DNA of 32,000 bases from Nostoc sp. PCC 7120 = FACHB-418 (lineage in GTDB: Bacteria; Cyanobacteriota; Cyanobacteriia; Cyanobacteriales; Nostocaceae): the NCBI RefSeq assembly GCF_000009705.1, contig NC_003272.1, positions 4,230,001-4,262,000 on the forward strand, in the 5' to 3' direction. This document shows positions 15,251 through 24,176 of the stretch, one piece after another. Within the stretch, counting starts at the first letter, position 1; the number at the start of each line of letters is the position of its first letter. The translations under genes were made by a program, and so were the position numbers. Under the pieces are notes generated by a model. The model saw only the letters and a program-made list of their open reading frames with translations, made no database searches and had not been told where the DNA came from.

Positions 15251-17365
15251 ATGAAAGAAATCCTTTATTTAGAAGTGCCAATCACGGATACGGCGGTTGT
15301 GCGCTGTTGGCTGCAAACAGAATTTGACCCAGGCAGTTGGGAGAAAATACTGACTCCAGATGGTTGTAGGCTGAAAATATCTAGTAAATATACAGCAAGT
15401 AGCACGAAAATTACCGAAAATTTACCTAAAGAATTTTCTATATTTTTGTGGTCAGTCCAGAGAACTACTTACCTCAAGGTTTTCCGTTGGGCAGATCAGC
15501 AATTACCCGAAGAAAAGGAACTCTTACAACGCTTAACAACAGACATTCGCCAGCGTTTTCCTCATCACTACCCAGAACCACCAGCGATTGATTTATCCCA
15601 ACAATCAATTTTTGAGGCTCTAGCACCCCATTACCCTCTAACGGTTAAATATTTCCAAAAGATGCCCAATGGGGAATATGACCTCAAACGTGCTTACTGG
15701 TGGGAACAGCGATGGCGTGAAGGAGTGCGGAATCCCCAGCAACCGCGTCAGGTAGTGTTTTCTCAGAAAAGCGATAGGGGGACTGGGGACAGGGAACAGG
15801 AAAAGCCCAATCTCCAATATGACCTGATTTATATTGGTGGCGCATTGGGGGTCATCCATGCGGCGGTGATGGCAAGGTTGGGGTATAAGGTGTTGCTGGT
15901 AGAGCGCTTGCCCTTTGGACGAATGAACCGGGAATGGAATATTTCTCGTGATGAATTGCAAAGTTTGATTAACTTGGGTTTGGTGACAAATGCTGAGTTA
16001 GAAACTGTGATTGTCCGGGATTATAAAGACGGATTCAATAAGTTTTTTGATGGCAATAACCCAGCAAAATTGCGATCGCCTATCTTGCACACGCCGACGG
16101 TGTTAAATATAGCCTTAGACTCGGAAAAATGGTTGCAAATGTGCGGGCAGAAGTTAAAGGCTGCTGGTGGCGATATTTGGGATGAGACAGAATTTATCCG
16201 TGCAGATGTTAATGATACACAAATTGTTGTAAAAGTCAAACATTTGCCCACCCAAACGGAGAAGCAAGTAAGTGGACGACTGTTAGTAGATGCGATGGGA
16301 ACCGCCTCCCCCATTGCTTGGCAATTAAATGGTGGTCGTGCATTTGATAGCGTATGTCCAACTGTGGGCGCAGTCATTGATGGGGGATTTGAGCCAGGAG
16401 TGTGGGATTCCCAGTATGGAGATGTGCTTTATAGCCACGGTGATATCTCTCGTGGTAGGCAATTGATTTGGGAATTATTTCCAGGTGCGGGTGAAGAACT
16501 GACAATTTATTTGTTTCACTATCACGAAGTTAACGCCGAAAATCCTGGTTCTTTGTTGGAGATGTACGAAGACTTCTTCACAATTCTGCCAGAGTATCGC
16601 CGTTGCGATATGGACAAACTGGTGTGGAAAAAGCCGACATTTGGCTACATACCAGGACATTTCAGTGTGGGGAGTAGCGATCGCACCATTGCCTTTGATA
16701 GATTAATTGCGATCGGTGATGCCGCTTCCCTGCAATCACCCTTGGTATTTACTGGTTTTGGTTCCTTGGTGCGTAACTTAGACCGTCTGACAACCCTGTT
16801 AGATGTAGCCCTAAAGCATGATTTATTAAAGTTCAGTAACTTGAATCTGATTCGCGCCTATCAAAGTAATGTCTCTGTAACTTGGCTCTTTTCTAAAGGC
16901 ATGATGGTTCCCACCGGGAGATTTTTAGCCCCTCAACGCATCAACTCCATGCTCAATACCTTCTTTGGATTGCTGGCAGATGAACCCCCAGAGGTAGCAG
17001 ATAATTTCATAAAAGATAGGTGTGATTGGTTGACATTTAACCGCCTAGCCCTAAAAGCAGCCCGGAAAAATCCCGCCTTATTGTTGTGGATTTGGCAACT
17101 AGCAGGCCCCAAAGATTTGGTCAGATGGCTGGGGAATTATTTTAACTTTGGTCGCCACGCCTTAGTTAACGCCTTACTGAGTGCATGGTTCCCCCGCTTC
17201 CTTCTAAAAATTAAACCTTGGCTAGAAACTAACAACCCAGCATTATGGCTGCGACTATTAGCTATTAACTACGCTATCACCACAGGCAGACCGCGATCGC
17301 CCCAGCAATTCGCACAACTGAACTCGGAAGCCGTTATTCATAATCCAGAAGGGGCGAGGGGGTAA
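15251..17365 (+). CDS. cruA: FAD-dependent oxidoreductase, CruA-type lycopene cyclase family candidate, with a ~185-aa N-terminal extension
   Basis: Dinucleotide fold [30 protein letters not shown] at about residue 190, and IAIGDAAS near residue 495. The length and gene neighbourhood fit my memory of the Anabaena PCC 7120 cruA locus. That memory was not checked. Confidence 0.55.
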   Translation: MKEILYLEVPITDTAVVRCWLQTEFDPGSWEKILTPDGCRLKISSKYTASSTKITENLPKEFSIFLWSVQRTTYLKVFRWADQQLPEEKELLQRLTTDIRQRFPHHYPEPPAIDLSQQSIFEALAPHYPLTVKYFQKMPNGEYDLKRAYWWEQRWREGVRNPQQPRQVVFSQKSDRGTGDREQEKPNLQYDLIYIGGALGVIHAAVMARLGYKVLLVERLPFGRMNREWNISRDELQSLINLGLVTNAELETVIVRDYKDGFNKFFDGNNPAKLRSPILHTPTVLNIALDSEKWLQMCGQKLKAAGGDIWDETEFIRADVNDTQIVVKVKHLPTQTEKQVSGRLLVDAMGTASPIAWQLNGGRAFDSVCPTVGAVIDGGFEPGVWDSQYGDVLYSHGDISRGRQLIWELFPGAGEELTIYLFHYHEVNAENPGSLLEMYEDFFTILPEYRRCDMDKLVWKKPTFGYIPGHFSVGSSDRTIAFDRLIAIGDAASLQSPLVFTGFGSLVRNLDRLTTLLDVALKHDLLKFSNLNLIRAYQSNVSVTWLFSKGMMVPTGRFLAPQRINSMLNTFFGLLADEPPEVADNFIKDRCDWLTFNRLALKAARKNPALLLWIWQLAGPKDLVRWLGNYFNFGRHALVNALLSAWFPRFLLKIKPWLETNNPALWLRLLAINYAITTGRPRSPQQFAQLNSEAVIHNPEGARG

Positions 17366-17400
17366 GAATTAGGGGTGTACGGGTGTAAGGGTATAGGGGG
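17351..17400 (+). repeat. G-tract cluster straddling the cruA-like stop codon (six tracts of 3-5 G)
   Basis: GGGGcgaGGGGGtaagaattaGGGGtgtacGGGtgtaaGGGtataGGGGG, followed by agaatttt. Confidence 0.85.
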
Positions 17401-17408
17401 AGAATTTT

Positions 17409-17501
17409 CCCAATCCCCAATCCCCAATCCCCAATCCCCAATCCCCAATCCCCAATCCCCAATCCCAATCCCCAATCCCCAATCCCCAGTCCCCAATCCC
17501 A
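17409..17501. repeat. Tandem heptamer array CCCCAAT, about 13 units, with one 6-mer unit and one CCCCAGT unit
   Basis: Read directly. Fills the spacer between the cruA-like stop (17365) and the next ATG (17516) on the same strand. Confidence 0.95.
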
Positions 17502-17515
17502 ACAAAGTAACTCTG

Positions 17516-18652
17516 ATGACTCAAGCACTCGATCAAGTCGATTACAATACTTTAGATGCGGCCAAGCTTCGCTTTATTGAGGCCGCAAAACGCACATTGC
17601 AGTTTGCACCCACTTATGGAAAAGTACCTGCTTCCGGGCTGGGGGGAAGTGCTAACGCCTTTAGTTTCAACCTAGCGCCCTACTTGCAGACGGGAACACC
17701 AGAACTTTTTGTGAGCCTTGTTCCTGAAGGACTGGGTACTGCTGATGATGCCCGTCCTGATGACCTCTCGGAGGAAGAATTGCGACGGTTTTGGTGGAAC
17801 ATTGGTATCAAAATTCTCTCGTGTCTGACCAATGATGCTGCATCGTCGGGAATGCAAACCGTACTTCTGGGATTGTATTTACCCTCAAGCACCCCGGAAA
17901 GCGTATTTACTCCCGCCTTTTTGGATGGATTTCTGGATGGTGTAGTTGAAGGATGCAAACGCATCGGCTGTGTTTACATTTCTGGGGAAACGCCACAACT
18001 CAAAACTAAGATGATTCCAGGGCGACTGGATATTGCCGGTTCTGTATTTGGCGTAATGCCCCCTGGTGTGACTCCTATTGATGGTACACGGCTAGCTGAA
18101 GGTAATGCGATCGTTTTGGTGGAAAGTACCGGACTCCATGAAAACGGCTTTACCCCCGTGCGAAAACTAGCCGAATCACTCCCCGATGGCTACAGAACAA
18201 AACTACCCAGTGGGCAGGAGTTATGGGCAGCGATGAATGCTGCTTCTCATCTCTACACGCCACTGGTGCAAGCGGTGTTGAGTGAGGGTATTCGTCCCAC
18301 CGCGATGGAGAATATCACCGGTCATGGATGGCAGAAACTTATGCGGTCAGCCAAACCACTACGGTATGTCATTGAAAAATTGTTACCAGTTCCCGAAATC
18401 TTTCAGTTTGTCGAAAGTCAACTAGAAGGAGGGAAAGAAATGATGTTGTCCGTGTTCAATTACGGCGCAGGTTTTGCATTTTATACAGAAACAGAACAGG
18501 ATGGGGAGAGAATTGTTCAGCTAGCAAAAGAGCAAGGATTAACAGCTGCGATCGCTGGTAGAGTCGAAGCATCCCCCACCCGTGAAGTCGTCATCACACC
18601 ATTTAATATCACACTAAAGGGAGAGTCTTTCGGCATCGCCAGAGGCGCATAG
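17516..18652 (+). CDS. AIR-synthase-related (PurM-superfamily) protein of unknown specificity
   Basis: The tracked ORF 17375.. begins inside the heptamer array, and its first 47 aa (SPIPNPQ...) are a repeat artefact. I prefer the ATG at 17516 ([10 protein letters not shown]). PurM-like N-domain ([11 protein letters not shown]) and C-domain (ITGHGWQK). Confidence 0.65.
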   Translation: MTQALDQVDYNTLDAAKLRFIEAAKRTLQFAPTYGKVPASGLGGSANAFSFNLAPYLQTGTPELFVSLVPEGLGTADDARPDDLSEEELRRFWWNIGIKILSCLTNDAASSGMQTVLLGLYLPSSTPESVFTPAFLDGFLDGVVEGCKRIGCVYISGETPQLKTKMIPGRLDIAGSVFGVMPPGVTPIDGTRLAEGNAIVLVESTGLHENGFTPVRKLAESLPDGYRTKLPSGQELWAAMNAASHLYTPLVQAVLSEGIRPTAMENITGHGWQKLMRSAKPLRYVIEKLLPVPEIFQFVESQLEGGKEMMLSVFNYGAGFAFYTETEQDGERIVQLAKEQGLTAAIAGRVEASPTREVVITPFNITLKGESFGIARGA

Positions 18653-18746
18653 CCTATTATATTGAGGAAAGTATTAGACCGTCCCAACCTTGGTCAAAAT
18701 AGACCACTTCCTAGCAAGGATCACTACTACTGTTTCTAAGATACAA

Positions 18747-18830
18747 GGTTGGGTTGAGGCTTTGCGTAGGCGAAGCCTTCCCGCAGGGAAACCCAACGCT
18801 ATAACCAATGTTGGGTTTCCTAACGTCATA
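18747..18830. repeat. Nostoc-type dispersed repeat forming a long nested imperfect hairpin
   Basis: ggttgggtt-gaggctt-tgcgtaggcg-aagcctt-cccgcaggg-aaacccaac, then ..caatgttgggtttcc. Lies between the convergent PurM-like and rtcB genes. Confidence 0.7.
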
Positions 18831-18849
18831 CCACTACCAGTACTGCCTT

Positions 18850-20031
18850 CTACCCTTTCACGCAAACAACTTGCTTGAGTGTAGCTACAACTTCAACCAA
18901 GTCTGCTTGATTTTCCATCACTTGATCAATGGGTTTATAAGCACCAGGAATTTCATCTAACACACCAGTATCTTTACGACACTCTACGCCCTTGGTTTGC
19001 TCAATTAAATCATCAAGAGTATAGACATTTTTTGCCTTACTTCTTGATAATAAACGACCAGCACCATGAGAGCAAGAACAAAAACTATGAGCGTTACCTT
19101 TACCTTTAACAATGAAAGACTTTGCTCCCATTGAACCAGGAATAATGCCATAATCTTCTGTTTGAGCGCGGACTGCACCTTTACGAGTTACATACACATT
19201 CTCGTCAAAATGTACTTCCTTTTCGGCGTAGTTATGATGACAATTTACCTGTAATAAAGGTTTAGTTAATTTGCCACCAGCGATATGTTTTTCAACAATG
19301 CGTTTAAAACGCGCCATCATCACATCACGGTTAACACGGGCATAATCTTGCGCCCATTGTAAATCGTTCCAGTATGCTTTAAATTCTGGTGTACCAGCGA
19401 TAAAATAAGCCAAATCAGGATCAGGTAATTTATTACCTGCTAGTTTTGCTAATTCTTTTGCTGTACTAATATGACATTGAGCAAGTTGATTGCCAATATT
19501 GCGTGAACCAGAGTGCAGCATTAACCAAACTTGGTTTTCTGTATCTAGACAAACTTCTAAAAAGTGATTCCCGCCGCCTAGAGAACCCATTTGTCTCATG
19601 GCTTTAGTTTGTAAGTCTTGGACACCAGAATGTAAGTCTGAAAAATCGCGCCAACGTTGCCAGTTAGCCACAGATTTTTCTACTTCTTTATTTTCATTGA
19701 AACCAGTGGGAATTGCGGCTTCGATATCTAGGCGAATTTTTTTGAGTTTTCCTTCTAATTGTTCACTAGTAAATGGTGTTTTAATCGCACTCATACCGCA
19801 ACCAATATCCACGCCCACAGCAGCAGGAATGATTGCTTCTTTAGTCGCAATTACAGAACCAACTAAAGCACCTTTTCCTAAATGAACATCAGGCATTAGT
19901 GCTACGTGTTTAAATACAAATGGTAGCGATGCCACGTTTTTTGCCATCTTGGTTTCTTCGGAACCTAGTTCATGATTTGCCCAAGATAATACAGGTGCTT
20001 GTGTTTCAATTTCTAACTTTTCGTAGGGCAT
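18850..20031 (-). CDS. rtcB: RNA 3'-phosphate/2',3'-cyclic-phosphate to 5'-OH ligase RtcB
   Basis: 393 aa. Family signatures DIGCGM, GGGNHFLE, HSGSRNIGN, CHHNY, SCSHGAGR. Confidence 0.92.
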   Translation of the reverse strand: MPYEKLEIETQAPVLSWANHELGSEETKMAKNVASLPFVFKHVALMPDVHLGKGALVGSVIATKEAIIPAAVGVDIGCGMSAIKTPFTSEQLEGKLKKIRLDIEAAIPTGFNENKEVEKSVANWQRWRDFSDLHSGVQDLQTKAMRQMGSLGGGNHFLEVCLDTENQVWLMLHSGSRNIGNQLAQCHISTAKELAKLAGNKLPDPDLAYFIAGTPEFKAYWNDLQWAQDYARVNRDVMMARFKRIVEKHIAGGKLTKPLLQVNCHHNYAEKEVHFDENVYVTRKGAVRAQTEDYGIIPGSMGAKSFIVKGKGNAHSFCSCSHGAGRLLSRSKAKNVYTLDDLIEQTKGVECRKDTGVLDEIPGAYKPIDQVMENQADLVEVVATLKQVVCVKG

Positions 20032-20131
20032 ATTTTTAATGGGTAATAGGTAATAGTTAATTGGTAATCGGAAGGAAAGTTTTACATATTGTTTTGTGAG
20101 AAATTAAAAATTAGGATTTACTGGTTTTTTT

Positions 20132-20170
20132 TATTTGTAAAATACGTATATTACATTTGTATTACAAATA
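20132..20170. promoter_or_regulatory. AT-rich composite palindrome (candidate operator) in the rtcB / methyltransferase divergent intergenic region
   Basis: A 9-bp perfect inverted repeat, tatttgtaa ... ttacaaata, flanks further TGTA/TACA half-sites: tTGTAaaaTACGTAtatTACAttTGTAtTACAaa. Confidence 0.35.
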
Positions 20171-20311
20171 GGCTTGAGTGTCAAGGGATGGCGGACAAAA
20201 ACCAGGATTCTTTTGCTATCAAAAGTTTGCTTCCCTAAAGAGGTACATCCAATAGGGAAAAACAGCTACAGTAGAATTTGGAAAAACAATGACCGAGCCT
20301 AACTCAACTTT

Positions 20312-21211
20312 ATGGCAACACGTCCAAAAACAATTTGGGAAAGCTTCTTATCGCCTGTAGTCCGATTTTTGATGGATGAAGATAAGTGGCGGCGTTATGC
20401 TCAAAGTATCGATTGGGAAAAAGAAAGCGATCGCTTCCGCAGAACAGATGTGATAATTCCCTCGTACTACACTAGCCAGAATTTTCACGGCATTGAGGGG
20501 GGATATCTCAATTCTAGTGCAGCCGTCACCTACGACCCAATTACGGAATACGTCCTACCACCAAATGAAACACTGGTACGTCAAGCCTTAATTGATGGGG
20601 TAAAAGTCCAACCACGACGCATACTTGACTTAGGTTGTGGTACGGGTTCCACTACATTAATGTTAAAGCAGGCTTTTCCCCAAGCAGATGTTATTGGCTT
20701 GGATTTATCACCTTATATGCTAGTTAGGGCGGAAGATAAAGCCAGAACTGCTGACTTAGATATTAGTTGGCGACATGGGAACGCCGAGAAAACTAGCTTT
20801 CCCAATGCTTCCTTTGATTTGGTGACGACTTCTTTGTTGTTCCACGAGACACCAGTTGAAGTATCCCAGACAATATTACAAGAATGTTTCCGGCTGTTGG
20901 TAGCTGGTGGACAAGTTATAATTCTTGACGGAAATCAAAAAAGCCTACGTCAGTTAAATTGGCTCAATGATATTTTTGAGGAGCCTTACATCCGTGAGTA
21001 TGCTGCTGACAATCTAGATGCGCGGATGGGTGCGGCTGGGTTTGTCGGAGTACAGACAGAAGATTTATGGCTGATACATCAGGTAACTAGCGGTATCAAA
21101 CCCATCTTAGCAACAGATACTAACCAAATAAAAGACAGACAATATATGCCAGCAATAGATAATAATAATTTGGAGGGTCTAGAATCTCCAGCTTTTGGCA
21201 TAGTGGCATGA
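20312..21211 (+). CDS. Class I SAM-dependent methyltransferase
   Basis: Motif I ILDLGCGTGSTT, post-I IGLDLS, and motif III region LLVAGGQVIILD. Confidence 0.85.
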   Translation: MATRPKTIWESFLSPVVRFLMDEDKWRRYAQSIDWEKESDRFRRTDVIIPSYYTSQNFHGIEGGYLNSSAAVTYDPITEYVLPPNETLVRQALIDGVKVQPRRILDLGCGTGSTTLMLKQAFPQADVIGLDLSPYMLVRAEDKARTADLDISWRHGNAEKTSFPNASFDLVTTSLLFHETPVEVSQTILQECFRLLVAGGQVIILDGNQKSLRQLNWLNDIFEEPYIREYAADNLDARMGAAGFVGVQTEDLWLIHQVTSGIKPILATDTNQIKDRQYMPAIDNNNLEGLESPAFGIVA

Positions 21212-21936
21212 GTTTAAAGGCAATTCTGTTTGATTTCAATGGCGTAATCATTAACGATGAGCGCATCCACCTACAATTGATCGATGAAATTCTTATTCAA
21301 GAAAATCTCCAACCCCAAAAAGTGCAAGAGCGTCAAGCTTCCTTAGGAAGGAGCGATCGCGCTTGTTTTCAAGAATTGCTAGCAAATCGTGGTAGAGTCG
21401 TCAGCGATGATTCTTTAACTCAGTTACTCAACAGTAAAGCTCAAGCCTACGTGCTGGAAGTGGAGAAATTAGAAAAACTGCCTATATATCCAGGTGTAGA
21501 AGACTTGATATATCAAGCGCGTTCCCGTCATCTCCATTTAGGCATTGTTAGCGGTGCGGTTCGTCAAGAAATCGAACTAGTGCTTAATCATGCCAAACTA
21601 GCCGAGTACTTCACAGTTATTGTTGCAGGCGACGACATCACCACCAGCAAACCCAAACCAGATGGTTATTTACTAGCAGTGGAACGCCTAAATCAAGAAT
21701 ATCCCCAATTAAATCTCTTGCCCCAAGAATGCTTGGCAATTGAAGATACCCCAGCAGGTATCGCAGCCGCTAAACGAGCGCAAATGCAGGTAGTAGGCGT
21801 AGCCAATACATACCCCTTCCATATGTTACAACGCTGCTGTAACTGGACTGTCGATTATCTGAGTGACTTGGAACTAGAACGAGTCCAAAAAATATTTTCT
21901 GGCGGAGAATTTCCGGCGATCGTGAGTGAGTGTTAA
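21208..21936 (+). CDS. HAD-superfamily hydrolase (beta-phosphoglucomutase/CbbY-like subfamily)
   Basis: DxD motif ILFDFNGVII, then IVSGA, SKPKPDGY, EDTPAGI. The start overlaps the upstream stop as ATGA. Confidence 0.85.
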   Translation: MSLKAILFDFNGVIINDERIHLQLIDEILIQENLQPQKVQERQASLGRSDRACFQELLANRGRVVSDDSLTQLLNSKAQAYVLEVEKLEKLPIYPGVEDLIYQARSRHLHLGIVSGAVRQEIELVLNHAKLAEYFTVIVAGDDITTSKPKPDGYLLAVERLNQEYPQLNLLPQECLAIEDTPAGIAAAKRAQMQVVGVANTYPFHMLQRCCNWTVDYLSDLELERVQKIFSGGEFPAIVSEC

Positions 21937-22005
21937 GATATTGTCTGATAGTATGGCGTTGATTAGGTAAGCATAGTTTGATCAACTTACCATTCAGCTA
22001 TCTAA

Positions 22006-22078
22006 GGGGAATTAGCTCAGTTGGTAGAGCGCTGCGATCGCACCGCAGAGGTCAGGGATTCGAGTTCCCTATTCTCCA
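22006..22078 (+). tRNA. tRNA-Ala (anticodon CGC), CCA not encoded
   Basis: Cloverleaf folded by hand. Acceptor ggggaat/attctcc with the G3:U70 Ala identity pair. D arm gctc-agttggta-gagc. Anticodon arm ctgcg-atCGCac-cgcag. T arm aggga-ttcgagt-tccct. Confidence 0.93.
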
Positions 22079-22226
22079 TTGGCTTTGTCAATATAGCCAA
22101 AGGCTTTGAAAACAACCTCTAAGAATTAGTTTATCAAAGCACCGTTTACTTTAATAGTTTGATTTTCTTCTACGATGAGAATACTACAATAAAGTAGTAA
22201 CGCATCTAACCTCTGGAGTTCTAACA

Positions 22227-22802
22227 GTGGGCTTATTTGATGATTTGAGTCGGTTTCTAGAAAACCGTTTAGAGGAATTCTTGCGGAATAATCCACATTT
22301 GGAGTTGGAGGCGCTGTTAGAACAGCTGCGTCAGCAAGAGGAAGATACTTTAAAATTGATAGCAGATTTACAGTTACAAGAGAAGCGATCGCAAGAAGAT
22401 ATTCTGGCCACAGCGCAAGAAATTCAGCGTTGGCACATCAGGGTTCAAAAAGCCAAAAATGCTGGTAGACAAGATTTGGTCGGGCCAGCAGAAGAGAGAG
22501 AAGCAGCCTTATTGCGTGAGGGTAATCAGCTTTGGGGACATATGCAAGGGCTAAAAGAACGCTTAGAGCAATCCAAAGAACTACTCAGTAAGATACAAAC
22601 TAGGCGGCAAGAAGTACAAACTAAAGCGGCACAAGCACAAACCGCACGGGCTAAAGCCCAAACCCAGCAGCGTATAGAAACTAATGGTTGGTGGACTTCC
22701 ACTACCAGTTCTAGTGATGGATTTGATGATTTAGAAGAAAAGTTCCGCCGTTGGGAAACCCAAGATGAACTAGAGCAGATGAAGCGTAATTTGGGGAAAT
22801 AA
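22227..22802 (+). CDS. Hypothetical coiled-coil protein
   Basis: GTG start with GGAG 10 nt upstream. 191 aa, heptad-rich and rich in Glu/Gln/Arg/Lys throughout. No enzymatic motif. Confidence 0.6.
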   Translation: MGLFDDLSRFLENRLEEFLRNNPHLELEALLEQLRQQEEDTLKLIADLQLQEKRSQEDILATAQEIQRWHIRVQKAKNAGRQDLVGPAEEREAALLREGNQLWGHMQGLKERLEQSKELLSKIQTRRQEVQTKAAQAQTARAKAQTQQRIETNGWWTSTTSSSDGFDDLEEKFRRWETQDELEQMKRNLGK

Positions 22803-22881
22803 GTAAAAAATCTCTACATGGGAGATGGCTTGGGGAGAGGTCATGGAAGCTCCCATTATTCAATGGAGAAAGACAATATTT

Positions 22882-24141
22882 TCAGGATTTAATTCCTTTA
22901 AACCGTTCTTTGGCCTTAGCAAAAGCTTCCTCCATGACAGATTGGATTTTTTGGGGATCTGGTTTATTACCACCCATTAAATCACCAAAGTAGACACAGG
23001 CTGTTTCACCCAAAGACCATGTATAAGCTGCTGCCCAAGATGCGGCGATCGCACTCCCAAATCCTGGTATAAATTTTACTAGTTCCCTTCCTATGGCTTG
23101 GGCTAAAAAACCACCGGCGATCGCACTCACAATACCACCTGCCTGGGATGGTGTGACAGTTTGACCATATAATTTACCTAAAAGCGTTACCATCGATACT
23201 TGCAAAGCTGTAAGTACGGGCATCGTTGCAAAGGGCAAGGGTACGGCTGCCAGTGCAGCAGCCATCACCGCAAATGATAAGGTGTAGCGTCTGCCTGCAT
23301 CCCGGTAGATATTGCCTAGTTTCTCACTTGTTTGCTTATCTAATAATTGGTAAATAGCTTGGGCTTCCGCTTCTGGGAGGAGTTCTGCCAGATTATCTCT
23401 AAGGGCATCTAAGCCGTAAAATACAGGATTGTAACCATCTTCTTCTAGGGTAAAGTCAATGAGGAGTGAACGGTCATAAAGTCCCGTAAAGGCTGCCTGA
23501 ATTGCCACAAAAGCCCGATTTAGTTCCTCATAGTTTGGGGGATAATCTGGATGATCTTCAATATCAGGGGGGTAAACTTCATGTAAACAAGTAACCACAA
23601 GTAAACAGGGGATTTCTGGATACTTTCGCCGCAATTCTTGAGCAATTTGCCGCAGGGTATCAGTAGCGAAATCATTAATTTTCACTGTCAAAATCAAGAC
23701 TCTGGCGCGGCTACTTTTTTTCTGCAAGTCTCCCACCAATTCTTGAATAACTGCCTGAGTTTCCTGGTTGATATCGCCTAGCCCTACAGTATCAGTAAAA
23801 ACCAGTAAAGGCAGGTCATTAGATGGATAAGCATAGCGTTGGGTGTGTTGGGTATGGGGACGAAAGCCTTGCCCGACAATCTCCGCAGAAACCCCCGTGA
23901 GTCCCCGGACAATAGAACTTTTACCAGCTTGTGGCTTGCCAATTAACAAAGCCTCTGTAGTTGGCAGTTCTTGGCGTACCTTCTCCAAAATCTCGGCAAC
24001 TTCCGCCTCACTTACACTGAACCACTGGACAAACTTCTGAGAAACCTGTTCCACTGGTAATCTCTGCACCAACTCATCTGCTGCCTTTTTCCAGACACCA
24101 GTTACACGGTTTGCCCAAGAATCATCGCCTCGCCTAGTCAT
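22882..24141 (-). CDS. GTPase domain fused to a DUF697/YcjF-like membrane domain
   Basis: P-loop GKPQAGKSS, G3 DTVGLGD, and a C-terminal Gly/Ala-rich hydrophobic region (AVPLPFATMPVLTALQVSMV ... GFGSAIAASWAAAYTW). Confidence 0.75.
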   Translation of the reverse strand: MTRRGDDSWANRVTGVWKKAADELVQRLPVEQVSQKFVQWFSVSEAEVAEILEKVRQELPTTEALLIGKPQAGKSSIVRGLTGVSAEIVGQGFRPHTQHTQRYAYPSNDLPLLVFTDTVGLGDINQETQAVIQELVGDLQKKSSRARVLILTVKINDFATDTLRQIAQELRRKYPEIPCLLVVTCLHEVYPPDIEDHPDYPPNYEELNRAFVAIQAAFTGLYDRSLLIDFTLEEDGYNPVFYGLDALRDNLAELLPEAEAQAIYQLLDKQTSEKLGNIYRDAGRRYTLSFAVMAAALAAVPLPFATMPVLTALQVSMVTLLGKLYGQTVTPSQAGGIVSAIAGGFLAQAIGRELVKFIPGFGSAIAASWAAAYTWSLGETACVYFGDLMGGNKPDPQKIQSVMEEAFAKAKERFKGIKS

Positions 24142-24176
24142 TGCACTTGCTGGTTAAGTTACACCCTTTATATATT

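Noticed and set aside
5532-17501. Whether the tandem arrays could be CRISPR loci.
   Set aside because: The units are 7-8 nt and directly abutting, with no spacers. No cas genes are present in the window.
17334-17528. 64-aa minus-strand ORF ([13 protein letters not shown]...), and the first 47 codons of the tracked ORF 17375..18652.
   Set aside because: Both are read-throughs of the CCCCAAT array. The PurM-like protein most plausibly starts at the ATG at 17516.
18674-18878. ORFs 18674..18865 (-) and 18690..18878 (+) between the PurM-like gene and rtcB.
   Set aside because: They are translations of the hairpin-forming dispersed repeat at 18747-18830, and the plus-strand one overlaps the rtcB 3' end.
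20132-20170. Possible NtcA site (GTA-N8-TAC) among the TGTA/TACA half-sites upstream of rtcB.
   Set aside because: I checked each GTA/TAC pair. The spacings are 3, 12 and 14 nt, never 8. It is kept only as a generic palindromic operator candidate.
20289-20360. 23-codon upstream ORF (MTEPNSTLWQHVQKQFGKASYRL) overlapping the methyltransferase start out of frame.
   Set aside because: It has no ribosome-binding site, and I have no way to assess conservation. It is most likely fortuitous.
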